A DNA stretch of 64,000 bases from Fibrobacteria bacterium (GTDB taxonomy: Bacteria > Fibrobacterota > Fibrobacteria > UBA5070), in assembly GCA_035604215.1 (NCBI GenBank), contig DATNIW010000042.1:1975-65974 (forward strand). Reading direction: 5' to 3'. The notes beneath the pieces are model-generated. The model did no database searches. It had not been told where the DNA came from and was given only the letters and a program-made list of their open reading frames with translations. This document shows positions 29,837-37,876 of this stretch, in pieces. Position 1 is the first letter of the stretch; each line of letters opens with the position of its first letter. The translations under genes and the position numbers were made by a program.

Positions 29837-30898
29837 ATGGAAGACGCGAAGCGCTATTGGAGCAAGGGGCTGGAGGATGTCCCGGCCTATGTCCCCGGCG
29901 AGCAGCCGCAGGGCGAAGGTTGGATCAAGCTCAACACCAACGAGAATCCCTACGGGCCGAGCCCCAAGGCCCTGGAAGCCGCACGCGAGGCCATGGGCGA
30001 TCGGTTGCGTCTGTACCCGGAGCCATCGGGCAGGATCGTTCGGGAGGCGGTGGCCCAAGTCCACGACGTGGAGGCCCGGGACGTCTTCACGGGAAACGGT
30101 TCCGACGAGATCCTCGCCTTCGCCTTCCGAGCCTTCTTCGACCAGGGCTCCCCCATCCTCTTTCCCGACGTCACCTATTCCTTCTACCCCATCTGGGCGC
30201 GCGCCTTCTCCCTGCCCTTCCGCACCATCCCCCTGCGCGAAGATTTCTCGATGGAGCCGGACGACTACCAGGGCGAGTCGGGCGGGATCATCTTCCCCAA
30301 CCCGAACGCCCCGACGGCCAGAGCCCTGGAACGGGGATCGGTGGAACGGATCCTGTCGCGGAACCCCGCCCGCCTGGTGCTGGTGGACGAGGCCTACATC
30401 GATTTCGGCGGTCGGACCGCGATCCCTCTGACCAAGCGCTTTCCCAACCTGCTCGTGGTCCACACCCTTTCCAAGTCGCGGTCGCTGGCGGGTCTGCGCG
30501 CCGCCTTCGCGGTGGGAAGCCCCGGGCTGGTGCCGGCACTGGAACGCGTGCGCGACTGGTACAACTCCTACACCTTGGACAGCATCGCCCAAGCCGCCGC
30601 CGCCGCCGCCATCCGCGACGTCGGATGGACCGAAGAAATTTCGCGGAAGATCCAATCCACCCGGGAGAGGTTCGCCGCGGAGCTCTCGCTCCAAGGCTGG
30701 TCCGTGGTGCCTTCGTGCGCCAATTTCGTCTTCGCCGCACATCCCCGGCTCTCCTCCAAGGATCTCCAAGCCTCACTGCGAGAACGGCAGATCCTGGTGC
30801 GGGCCTTTTCCGGCCCCCGCCTGGAACGGCATGTGCGCATCAGCATCGGCACGGATGCGGAGATGGACGCGGTCGCGAGGGTCGTTCGGTCGCTCTGA
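29837..30898 (+). CDS. hisC: Histidinol-phosphate aminotransferase
   Basis: GGAAGGAG RBS. MEDAKRYW...IKLNTNENPYGPSP, DEAYIDFGG and TLSKSRSLAGLR (PLP lysine motif). Confidence 0.9.
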   Translation: MEDAKRYWSKGLEDVPAYVPGEQPQGEGWIKLNTNENPYGPSPKALEAAREAMGDRLRLYPEPSGRIVREAVAQVHDVEARDVFTGNGSDEILAFAFRAFFDQGSPILFPDVTYSFYPIWARAFSLPFRTIPLREDFSMEPDDYQGESGGIIFPNPNAPTARALERGSVERILSRNPARLVLVDEAYIDFGGRTAIPLTKRFPNLLVVHTLSKSRSLAGLRAAFAVGSPGLVPALERVRDWYNSYTLDSIAQAAAAAAIRDVGWTEEISRKIQSTRERFAAELSLQGWSVVPSCANFVFAAHPRLSSKDLQASLRERQILVRAFSGPRLERHVRISIGTDAEMDAVARVVRSL

Positions 30899-30914
30899 GG
30901 AAGCGGCGAAGGGA

Positions 30915-31364
30915 CTAGGCGGGGAGGAGGGCGGACACCAGCGCCTGGACGGCCTTTCCGTCGGCGCGGCCCTTGACCTGGGGCATCACGAGCGAAAGGA
31001 CCTTGCCCTTGTCCTTCGCGGAAAGCGCACCCGATTCGGCCACCGCCGCCCGGACGATGGCGTCGAGTTCGTCGGGCTCGAGCTGTGCGGGCTGGTAGGC
31101 CCGGAACAGATCGGCCTGCATCCGTTCGCGCTCGGCGAGCTCGGGTCGTCCGCCTGCATCCATCTGGGAAGCGGCGTCCTCGCGTTGCTTGATGGCCTTG
31201 GTCACCGCGGCGACGCAATCTTCGTCGGTCGGTTCCCGCCGCCCCGCGTCGATGGTGATCTTCTTGATGTCGGAAGAGAGGGTGCGCAACGCCAGGAGCT
31301 TCTCCGAGTCGCGGGCCTTCATCGCATCCTTGATGTCCTCCTGCAGCTTCAGGAAGACAGGCAT
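30915..31364 (-). CDS. GatB/YqeY domain protein
   Basis: 149 aa. LQEDIKDAMKARDSEKLLALRTLSSDIK...KGKVLSLVMPQVKGRADGKAV. Lies immediately downstream of rpsU, which is the usual pairing. Confidence 0.85.
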   Translation of the reverse strand: MPVFLKLQEDIKDAMKARDSEKLLALRTLSSDIKKITIDAGRREPTDEDCVAAVTKAIKQREDAASQMDAGGRPELAERERMQADLFRAYQPAQLEPDELDAIVRAAVAESGALSAKDKGKVLSLVMPQVKGRADGKAVQALVSALLPA

Positions 31365-31365
31365 T

Positions 31366-31569
31366 TCAGAAGCCCCGGTTGCGCGCGGAATTTTCCTTCA
31401 CGGCCTTGCGCTTGGCGGCGTTCTCGCGACGCTTGCGGCTTTCCGATGGCTTTTCGTAGTACTGCCCCTTCTTGACGTCCGAGATGATGCCGGTCTTCTC
31501 GCATGTCTTGGTGAAGCGGCGGAGGGCCTTTTCGAAGGATTCGTTGGCTCGGACGATGACGCCGGTCAT
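31366..31569 (-). CDS. rpsU: 30S ribosomal protein S21
   Basis: 67 aa: MTGVIVRANESFEKALRRFTKTCEKTGIISDVKKGQYYEKPSESRKRRENAAKRK. Confidence 0.93.
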   Translation of the reverse strand: MTGVIVRANESFEKALRRFTKTCEKTGIISDVKKGQYYEKPSESRKRRENAAKRKAVKENSARNRGF

Positions 31570-31644
31570 GGGTTTCTCCTGAAACTGTTGAGAGGTGGGG
31601 AAAAATGTCTTCTCCACGGCCAAAAGGGAAGGGGGGTTGGGTGT

Positions 31645-31673
31645 GGAGACGCAAAATTTCGCGTCCTTACGCG
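31645..31673. repeat. Copy 1 of a short palindromic element (GACGCAAAATTTCGCGTCCyTACGCG), in the rpsU 5' region
   Basis: GGAGACGCAAAATTTCGCGTCCTTACGCG. A 19-nt core is identical to the copy at 33338..33369. Stem GACGC/GCGTC with loop AAAATTTC. Confidence 0.6.
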
Positions 31674-31723
31674 CCTCACCGACAATTCGGCACCCTTTTC
31701 TGTCAATTCCTCCCATGATGATG

Positions 31724-31741
31724 ACAATCAAAAGCGATTGT
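31724..31741. promoter_or_regulatory. Perfect inverted repeat ACAATC-N6-GATTGT in the rpsU/amtB divergent intergenic region
   Basis: ACAATCAAAAGCGATTGT read directly, within the most AT-rich stretch of the window. The binding factor is unknown. Confidence 0.3.
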
Positions 31742-31777
31742 TTCCTTCGGACGAATATTTAACGATAATTGACGTAT

Positions 31778-31793
31778 AGGCGCAATTATTGCT
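31778..31793 (+). promoter_or_regulatory. Candidate sigma-54 (-24/-12) promoter upstream of amtB
   Basis: AGGCGCAATTATTGCT against consensus TGGCAC-N5-TTGCW: the GG and TTGC elements have the correct spacing. It lies 57 nt upstream of the amtB ATG (31850). Confidence 0.45.
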
Positions 31794-31849
31794 ATTTATC
31801 TGACAAACTTTGCGCTATTGTCAGTGCGAGGAGTCCCAAGGAAGCGTTC

Positions 31850-33322
31850 ATGTCGAGTTGGCTTCGGAGTGCCTGCGTGGGGCTCCTCTTGGTGTGCGTT
31901 TCGGCCCATTCGGAAGAATCGAAGAGCTCCAAATCTTCCGATCTTCCCTCCGTTCCTCCGATTTCTGTCGTTCGGGACACGCAGGTCCTGCATCGGCTCG
32001 CCGATCTGGAGGCCTATGTCAACAACGAGCCGCGCGTGGACTTCGCCTCCTCGCGGATCCAATCGCCCGGGCCGGGCCACAACGCGTGGCTGATGATCTC
32101 GGCGGCGCTGGTCCTGTTCATGACCCTGCCCGGGCTGACCCTCTTCTTCGGCGGCATGGTGCGCTCCAAGAACGTGCTCTCCATCCTCGCGCAATGCATG
32201 GGCATCACCGGAGTGGTGACCCTGCTCTGGTGGGCCGTCGGCTATTCCCTGGTGTTCGCCCCCGGCAATGCCTTCCTGGGTGGTCTGGATTACGCGTTCT
32301 TCCACGGTGTGACCGCCGAGCCGAATCCCGTCTATTCCAACTGGGTCAGCCAGAACGTCTTCGCGATGTTCGAACTGATGTTCGCGATCATCACCCCCGC
32401 CCTGCTGGTGGGAGCCGCCGCCGAGCGGATCCGGTTCTCCTCCATGATCCTGGTTTCCGTGCTTTGGCTGTTTCTCGTGTACATCCCCATCGCCCACATG
32501 GCCTGGGGCGCGGACGGCCTGTTCAACGGGGTGGGAAATCCGCACGCGTCCATCAAGGCGCTGGACTTCGCCGGAGGCTTCGCCGTGGAGATGGCGTCCG
32601 GATGGTCGGCCCTGGCGCTGGTGCTGGTCCTGGGACACCGCAAGGGCTACGGGCACGATCCCATGGCGCCCCATTCCATGGTCCTGGCGATGACCGGAGC
32701 GGGACTCCTGTGGGTGGGATGGTACGGGTTCAACGTGGGATCGGCCCTGGGCGCCGACAGCGTGGCATCCAACGCATTCGTGGCCACGACCATGGCGGCC
32801 GCGGCGTCGTCCCTGGTCTGGCCGGGACTGGAGTGGCTGCTCCACGGGAAGCCCACGGTGCTCGGGTTCTGCTCGGGGATCGTCGCGGGACTCGTGGCCA
32901 TCACCCCGGCGGCGGGATTTGTCACCTCGGGCGCCGCCATCCTGATCGGGTCGCTGGGAACCACGGGATCGTTCTTCGCCTCCATGCGGCTCAAGCATCT
33001 GCTCCGCTACGACGACGCGCTGGACACCTTCGGGGTCCACGGCGTGGCCGGCACCATCGGCACCCTGCTGACCGGTGTGTTCGCCACCGCCCTCGTCAAC
33101 CCCAATGTCCGCACGCACCTGGGATCGCTGCTGGGCGGCGGGCTTTGGCTAGAGCAGGCCAAGGCCATGGCGATCGTGGCCGTCCTCGCCTTCGCGGGAA
33201 CGGCGGCCATCACCTGGGCGGTGAAGGTCACCGTGGGCCTCCGACCGACCCCGGAAGAGGAGGTGGCCGGATTGGACTACGCGGAACACGGCGAGGTCGG
33301 GTACAGGTACGACGAGGCGTAG
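31850..33322 (+). CDS. amtB: Ammonium transporter (Amt family) with signal peptide
   Basis: Start at MSSWLRSACVGLLLVCVSAHS. NAWLMISAALVLFMTLPGLTLFFGGMVR, LDFAGGFAVEMASGW and DDALDTFGVHGVAGTIGTLLTGVFA. Confidence 0.93.
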   Translation: MSSWLRSACVGLLLVCVSAHSEESKSSKSSDLPSVPPISVVRDTQVLHRLADLEAYVNNEPRVDFASSRIQSPGPGHNAWLMISAALVLFMTLPGLTLFFGGMVRSKNVLSILAQCMGITGVVTLLWWAVGYSLVFAPGNAFLGGLDYAFFHGVTAEPNPVYSNWVSQNVFAMFELMFAIITPALLVGAAAERIRFSSMILVSVLWLFLVYIPIAHMAWGADGLFNGVGNPHASIKALDFAGGFAVEMASGWSALALVLVLGHRKGYGHDPMAPHSMVLAMTGAGLLWVGWYGFNVGSALGADSVASNAFVATTMAAAASSLVWPGLEWLLHGKPTVLGFCSGIVAGLVAITPAAGFVTSGAAILIGSLGTTGSFFASMRLKHLLRYDDALDTFGVHGVAGTIGTLLTGVFATALVNPNVRTHLGSLLGGGLWLEQAKAMAIVAVLAFAGTAAITWAVKVTVGLRPTPEEEVAGLDYAEHGEVGYRYDEA

Positions 33323-33337
33323 GGATTCGGGGATCGG

Positions 33338-33369
33338 GCGTAGGGACGCAAAATTTCGCGTCCCTACGC
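33338..33369. terminator. Copy 2 of the palindromic element; 12-bp stem hairpin between convergent amtB and the Rieske gene
   Basis: GCGTAGGGACGC-AAAATTTC-GCGTCCCTACGC is a perfect 12-bp stem. It starts 16 nt after the amtB stop and ends 17 nt before the Rieske gene stop. No U-tract. Confidence 0.55.
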
Positions 33370-33385
33370 GTCCCCACCGGGACCC

Positions 33386-33736
33386 CTACGCCCGGGGAAC
33401 CTCCACCAGCGCGTCCGATCCGGATTCCAGGACGACATAGGACAGCAGCGGAGCGCCCTGGCAGGGCCCGAAGACGCACAGGCCGTCCTCGGGCCGGTAG
33501 AGCGCTCCGTGGACCTTGCACTGGATCATCTTCAGCTCCTCGTTCCAGAATTCGGCGTCATCCATGTCCAGGGGACAGGGCCAATGGCGGCAGCGGTTGC
33601 GGAAAGCGCGCAGTCCATCGGGGACGCGGATCACGAAACCCTGCTCGTCGGAATCCGGAAGATCGAAGGTCTTCGCCTCGCCAAGCCCCAGAAGTACGGC
33701 TTTCGGCACGCGAATGGTGGTAGAATCGGGCATCAT
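33386..33736 (-). CDS. Rieske [2Fe-2S] domain protein
   Basis: Last 116 codons of ORF 33386..35080: MMPDSTTIRV...CRHWPCPLD...CKVHGALY (CxH...CxxH ligands). The rest of that ORF is antisense to pilB. Confidence 0.8.
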   Translation of the reverse strand: MMPDSTTIRVPKAVLLGLGEAKTFDLPDSDEQGFVIRVPDGLRAFRNRCRHWPCPLDMDDAEFWNEELKMIQCKVHGALYRPEDGLCVFGPCQGAPLLSYVVLESGSDALVEVPRA

Positions 33737-33820
33737 GGGACGTACCTGCCAGGAGTATCTTTCGAAACAAGATTCAAAATTCCCGGCTGAAGCGGCCGGA
33801 AAATCCGGGAGAGCTCGTCG

Positions 33821-35527
33821 GTGGCGCTGAAACTTGGCGAAATGATGGTGGACAGCGGGCTGATCTCCAAGGAGCAGCTTCTTTCCGCCCTCAAGAGCCA
33901 GAAGTCGTCCGGCGGGAAGCTCGGCGAGAACCTGGTGAAGGTGGGCGCGGTCCTGGACGAGGAGGAAATCGCCTCCTTCGTCGCCAAGCAGATGAACCTG
34001 GGCCGGATCACCCTGCCGGACATCGACCTCGAGGAGAGCACCGTCAAGCTCATCCCCCAGGACCTGGCGATGAAATACATCGTCATCGCGGTGAGCCGCA
34101 CCAACAAGGTCCTGACGGTCGCGACTTCGGACCCCCGCAACGTGTACGTGCTGGACGCGATCAAGTTCATCACCGGCTGCACCGTCAAACCCGTGGTCGC
34201 TCCGGAAAGCCAGATCCGCGCCTGCTTGGAGAAGTACTACCAGGCCTCCATGCAGAAGGAGATGGCCGACATCCTGGGCGCCGTCGGCGACGACATGGAG
34301 ATCGTTCGGGACACCAACGAGGACGCCGAGGCGGCCAACGCACTGGCCGCGGTGGACGACGCCCCTCTGGTCAAGCTGGTCAACAAGCTCCTGATGGACG
34401 CGATCCGCATGCACGCCTCGGACATCCACGTCGAGATCTACGAGAAGGTGATGCGGGTCCGGTACCGGGTGGACGGGACGCTCCGCGAGATCAGCTCGCT
34501 GCCGTTCCGACTTCGCCACGCCATCGTCTCGCGCTTGAAGATCATGTCCAGCCTGGACATCTCGGAACGCCGCCTTCCCCAGGACGGCCGGATCAAGCTC
34601 AAGACCCCGCAGGGGAAGACGGTGGACCTGCGCGTGAACACCCTGCCGTGCATCTTCGGCGAGAAGGTGGTCATGCGCATCCTGGACTCGGGGAACCTCC
34701 AGCTGGACCTCTCCAAGCTCGGTCTGCACGAGAAGGGCCTGCGCGACCTCCAGGAAGCCATCGACGCGCCCTTCGGGATGATCCTGGTCACCGGCCCCAC
34801 GGGGTCGGGGAAATCGACGACCCTCTACTCCGCCATCTCCACCATCAACGACGTCGGCGTGAACATCATGACCGCCGAGGATCCGGTGGAGTACAACCTC
34901 CACGGGATCAACCAGGTCCAGGTCCACGCCGAGATCGGTCTGACCTTCGCCTCGGCGCTGCGCGCCTTCCTTCGCCAGGACCCCGACGTCATCATGGTGG
35001 GCGAAATGCGCGACCTGGAAACCGCCGAGATCGGCGTCAAGGCAGCCCTGACGGGCCACCTGGTGCTCTCCACCCTGCACACCAACGACGCGCCCAGCAC
35101 CATCAACCGCCTGATCGACATGGGAATCGAACCCTTCCTGGTCGCGAGTTCCTGCCGCCTGATCATCGCCCAGCGCCTGGTGCGCCGTATCTGTCCCGAA
35201 TGCCGGATGTCCGACGACGAGAGCAAGACCCCGGCCCTGCAGCGCCTGCTCCGCATCGACGACGAACTCTTCGGGAACCTGAAGCTCTACAAGGGCCGCG
35301 GATGCGACAACTGCCTCGGCTCGGGATACAAGGGCCGGCAGGGCGTCTACGAGATCATGCCCATCAGCGCGGCCATCAAGCAGCTGATCGTGGATCGATC
35401 CAGCGTGGAGGAGATCCGGCAGGCCGCCATCGGCGACGGGGTCCTCACGCTGCGCTCGGCGGCCCTCAAGCTCCTGGAGGAGGGGGTCACCACCGCCCAG
35501 GAAGTGATTCGTTCCACAGACACCTGA
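33821..35527 (+). CDS. pilB: Type IV pilus assembly ATPase PilB (GspE family)
   Basis: 568 aa. N-terminal T2SSE_N-like domain, Walker A GPTGSGKSTT, MTAEDPVEY, LRQDPDVIMVGEMRD and a CxxC...CxxC tetracysteine (CPECR...CDNC). Confidence 0.92.
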   Translation: MALKLGEMMVDSGLISKEQLLSALKSQKSSGGKLGENLVKVGAVLDEEEIASFVAKQMNLGRITLPDIDLEESTVKLIPQDLAMKYIVIAVSRTNKVLTVATSDPRNVYVLDAIKFITGCTVKPVVAPESQIRACLEKYYQASMQKEMADILGAVGDDMEIVRDTNEDAEAANALAAVDDAPLVKLVNKLLMDAIRMHASDIHVEIYEKVMRVRYRVDGTLREISSLPFRLRHAIVSRLKIMSSLDISERRLPQDGRIKLKTPQGKTVDLRVNTLPCIFGEKVVMRILDSGNLQLDLSKLGLHEKGLRDLQEAIDAPFGMILVTGPTGSGKSTTLYSAISTINDVGVNIMTAEDPVEYNLHGINQVQVHAEIGLTFASALRAFLRQDPDVIMVGEMRDLETAEIGVKAALTGHLVLSTLHTNDAPSTINRLIDMGIEPFLVASSCRLIIAQRLVRRICPECRMSDDESKTPALQRLLRIDDELFGNLKLYKGRGCDNCLGSGYKGRQGVYEIMPISAAIKQLIVDRSSVEEIRQAAIGDGVLTLRSAALKLLEEGVTTAQEVIRSTDT

Positions 35528-35545
35528 TCCAGTCGCGGAGACTCA

Positions 35546-36658
35546 ATGGTCAACGTACTCGAGCTCATCACGAAAATGATCGAATGGAGGGCCTCGGACC
35601 TCCACATCACCGTCAACTCCCCCCCCATGCTCCGGGTGGACGGCTCTCTGCGACCCTACGACAACCACCCGCTCACCCCCGAGGAGGCCCAGCAGGTCTG
35701 CTACAGCGTGATGAAGGAGGAGCAGAAGAAGAAGTTCGAGGATTTCGACCTCGACAAGGAGCGCGGACGCCAGGTGGACTTCTCCTTCGGGATCCGCCAC
35801 CAGATGGCCGACGGACGGCCCTTCGAGGCGCGCTTCCGGGCCAACGTCTTCATGCAGCGGGGCAACACGTCCATGGTGATGCGCCACATCCCCACCGAGA
35901 TCCGCGGCATCGAGGACCTGGGACTGCCCAAGATCGTCAACGAATTCTGCGACCGGGCGAGGGGGCTGGTCCTGGTGACCGGGCCAACGGGTTCGGGAAA
36001 GTCCACCTCCCTGGCCTCCATGGTCGACAAGATCAACATGGAACGGGCCGAGCACATCCTCACCATCGAGGACCCCATCGAGTTCGTGCACCGCCACAAG
36101 AAGTGCATCGTCAACCAGCGCGAGGTCTACTCGGACACCGCGAGCTTCACCCAGGCGCTGAAGGTCGCGCTCCGCCAGGATCCCGACGTCGTGCTGGTGG
36201 GCGAGATGCGCGACCGCGAAACGGTCGAGATCGGGCTGCAGATCGCCGAGACGGGCCACCTCACCTTCGCGACCCTGCACACCAATTCGGCGGCGCAGAC
36301 CATCAACCGCATCATCGACATGTTCCAGCAGGGCGAGCGCGACGCCGTGCGCGGCCAACTGGCGTTCGTCCTGGAAGGCGTGGTCTGCCAGCAGCTCATC
36401 CCCAAGATCGGGGGCGGCCGCGTGATCGCCACCGAGGTCCTCAACGTGACGCCCGCCATCCGGTCCCTGATCCGGGACGACAAGGTCCACCAGATCCAGG
36501 GCATCATCGAGGTGGGACAGAAGTACGGGATGCAGACCCTGAACATGGACCTGGCCAAGCTGGTCATCCAGCGGAAGATCACCCGCGAGGACGCGGGCGT
36601 GTACTCGTCCGATCCCGACCAGCTCGACAAGTTCATCACCGGCAATTTCCGACTCTAA
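35546..36658 (+). CDS. pilT: Twitching motility ATPase PilT
   Basis: 370 aa. ASDLHITVNSPPMLRVDG, GPTGSGKSTSL, TIEDPIEFVH and the AIRSLIRDDKVHQI motif. Confidence 0.92.
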   Translation: MVNVLELITKMIEWRASDLHITVNSPPMLRVDGSLRPYDNHPLTPEEAQQVCYSVMKEEQKKKFEDFDLDKERGRQVDFSFGIRHQMADGRPFEARFRANVFMQRGNTSMVMRHIPTEIRGIEDLGLPKIVNEFCDRARGLVLVTGPTGSGKSTSLASMVDKINMERAEHILTIEDPIEFVHRHKKCIVNQREVYSDTASFTQALKVALRQDPDVVLVGEMRDRETVEIGLQIAETGHLTFATLHTNSAAQTINRIIDMFQQGERDAVRGQLAFVLEGVVCQQLIPKIGGGRVIATEVLNVTPAIRSLIRDDKVHQIQGIIEVGQKYGMQTLNMDLAKLVIQRKITREDAGVYSSDPDQLDKFITGNFRL

Positions 36659-36676
36659 TCCGGAAGGACCCCAGCC

Positions 36677-37876
36677 ATGCCAAGGTACAGCTACAAGGGA
36701 AAGTCCGTCGCGGGCAAGGCCGTGGAAGGGGAACTCGAAGCCGAGAACCTCGGCGCCGCCCAGGCCCTGGTCAAGAAGCGTCGCATCAAGGACGCCACCG
36801 TGCGCAAGGCGGGCGGCGGCGGTTTCCAGATCGGGACCGGCATCGGACTCAAGGACCTCTCGCGCTTCACGCGACAGTTCTCCGCCATGAACCAGGCGGG
36901 CCTTCCGCTCATCCAGTGCCTGGACATCCTGTCCGAACAGACCGAGAACAAGGCGCTGGCGCAGCGGATCCGCAAGATCTCCACGGACATCCAGGGCGGC
37001 GGAACACTGGCCGAATCCATGGAGAAGCACAAACCCGTCTTCTCCGAACTCTACTGCCAGATGGTGCGGGCCGGCGAGGCGGGCGGCATCCTGGACACCA
37101 TCCTCTCTCGCCTCGCCGACTACCAGGAAGCGGCCGAAGCCCTGCGACGCAAGGTGAAGGGCGCCCTGACCTATCCCGTGATGGTGGCCATCGTCGCCAT
37201 CGGCGCGGTCTTCGCGCTGATGACCCTGGTCGTGCCCGTCTTCGCCAACATGTTCAAGGACATGGGCGGCCAGCTCCCCACCCCGACCCGCGTCGTGATG
37301 GCCATCTCCGACTTCCTCAAGCACAACCTGTGGTGGATCCTGATCCTGATCGTCGGCGCCGTGGTTGGTCTCCTCCAGGCAATCAAGCGGAGCCCCCGGT
37401 TCAAGTACTTCTGGGACGGCCTGATGCTCAAGCTCCCGCTCTTCGGCGACCTGCAGCGCAAGAGCGCCGTGGCCAGATTCTGTCGCACGCTGGGGACCCT
37501 CCTCTCCTCGGGCGTGCCCATCCTGGACGCCCTGACCGTGACCGCGAGGACCTCGGGCAACGTCGTCCTCGAGGCGGGCATCTTCCGGACGGTCGAGGCC
37601 ATCTCCGGCGGCCAGTCCATCGCCGAGCCGTTGAAGGCCACGGGGGTGTTCCCGCCCATGGTCATCCAGATGATCGCGGTGGGCGAACGGACGGGTGGCC
37701 TTTCCGACATGCTCACCAGGGTGTCCGACTTCTACGACACCGAGGTCGAGGCCGCCGTGGATTCGCTCACGTCCATGCTGGAACCCCTGGTCATCGTGGT
37801 CCTGGGCGGAATCATCGGCGCGGTGCTCATCGCCATGTACCTGCCCATGTTCGAGATGGCCGGCAACATCAAGTGA
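36677..37876 (+). CDS. pilC: Type IV pilus platform protein PilC (GspF family)
   Basis: 399 aa. Duplicated GspF domains (FTRQFSAMNQAGLPLIQCL, FCRTLGTLLSSGVPILDAL). Three TM segments. Confidence 0.9.
   Translation: MPRYSYKGKSVAGKAVEGELEAENLGAAQALVKKRRIKDATVRKAGGGGFQIGTGIGLKDLSRFTRQFSAMNQAGLPLIQCLDILSEQTENKALAQRIRKISTDIQGGGTLAESMEKHKPVFSELYCQMVRAGEAGGILDTILSRLADYQEAAEALRRKVKGALTYPVMVAIVAIGAVFALMTLVVPVFANMFKDMGGQLPTPTRVVMAISDFLKHNLWWILILIVGAVVGLLQAIKRSPRFKYFWDGLMLKLPLFGDLQRKSAVARFCRTLGTLLSSGVPILDALTVTARTSGNVVLEAGIFRTVEAISGGQSIAEPLKATGVFPPMVIQMIAVGERTGGLSDMLTRVSDFYDTEVEAAVDSLTSMLEPLVIVVLGGIIGAVLIAMYLPMFEMAGNIK

Noticed and set aside
29729-30769. Upstream 347 codons of the 746-aa - strand ORF 28529..30769
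   Set aside because: Antisense to hisC. The membrane glycosyltransferase starts at the internal MNRTLPL (29728).
33737-35080. Upstream 448 codons of the 564-aa - strand ORF 33386..35080
   Set aside because: Antisense to pilB. Only the last 116 codons (the Rieske protein) are credible.
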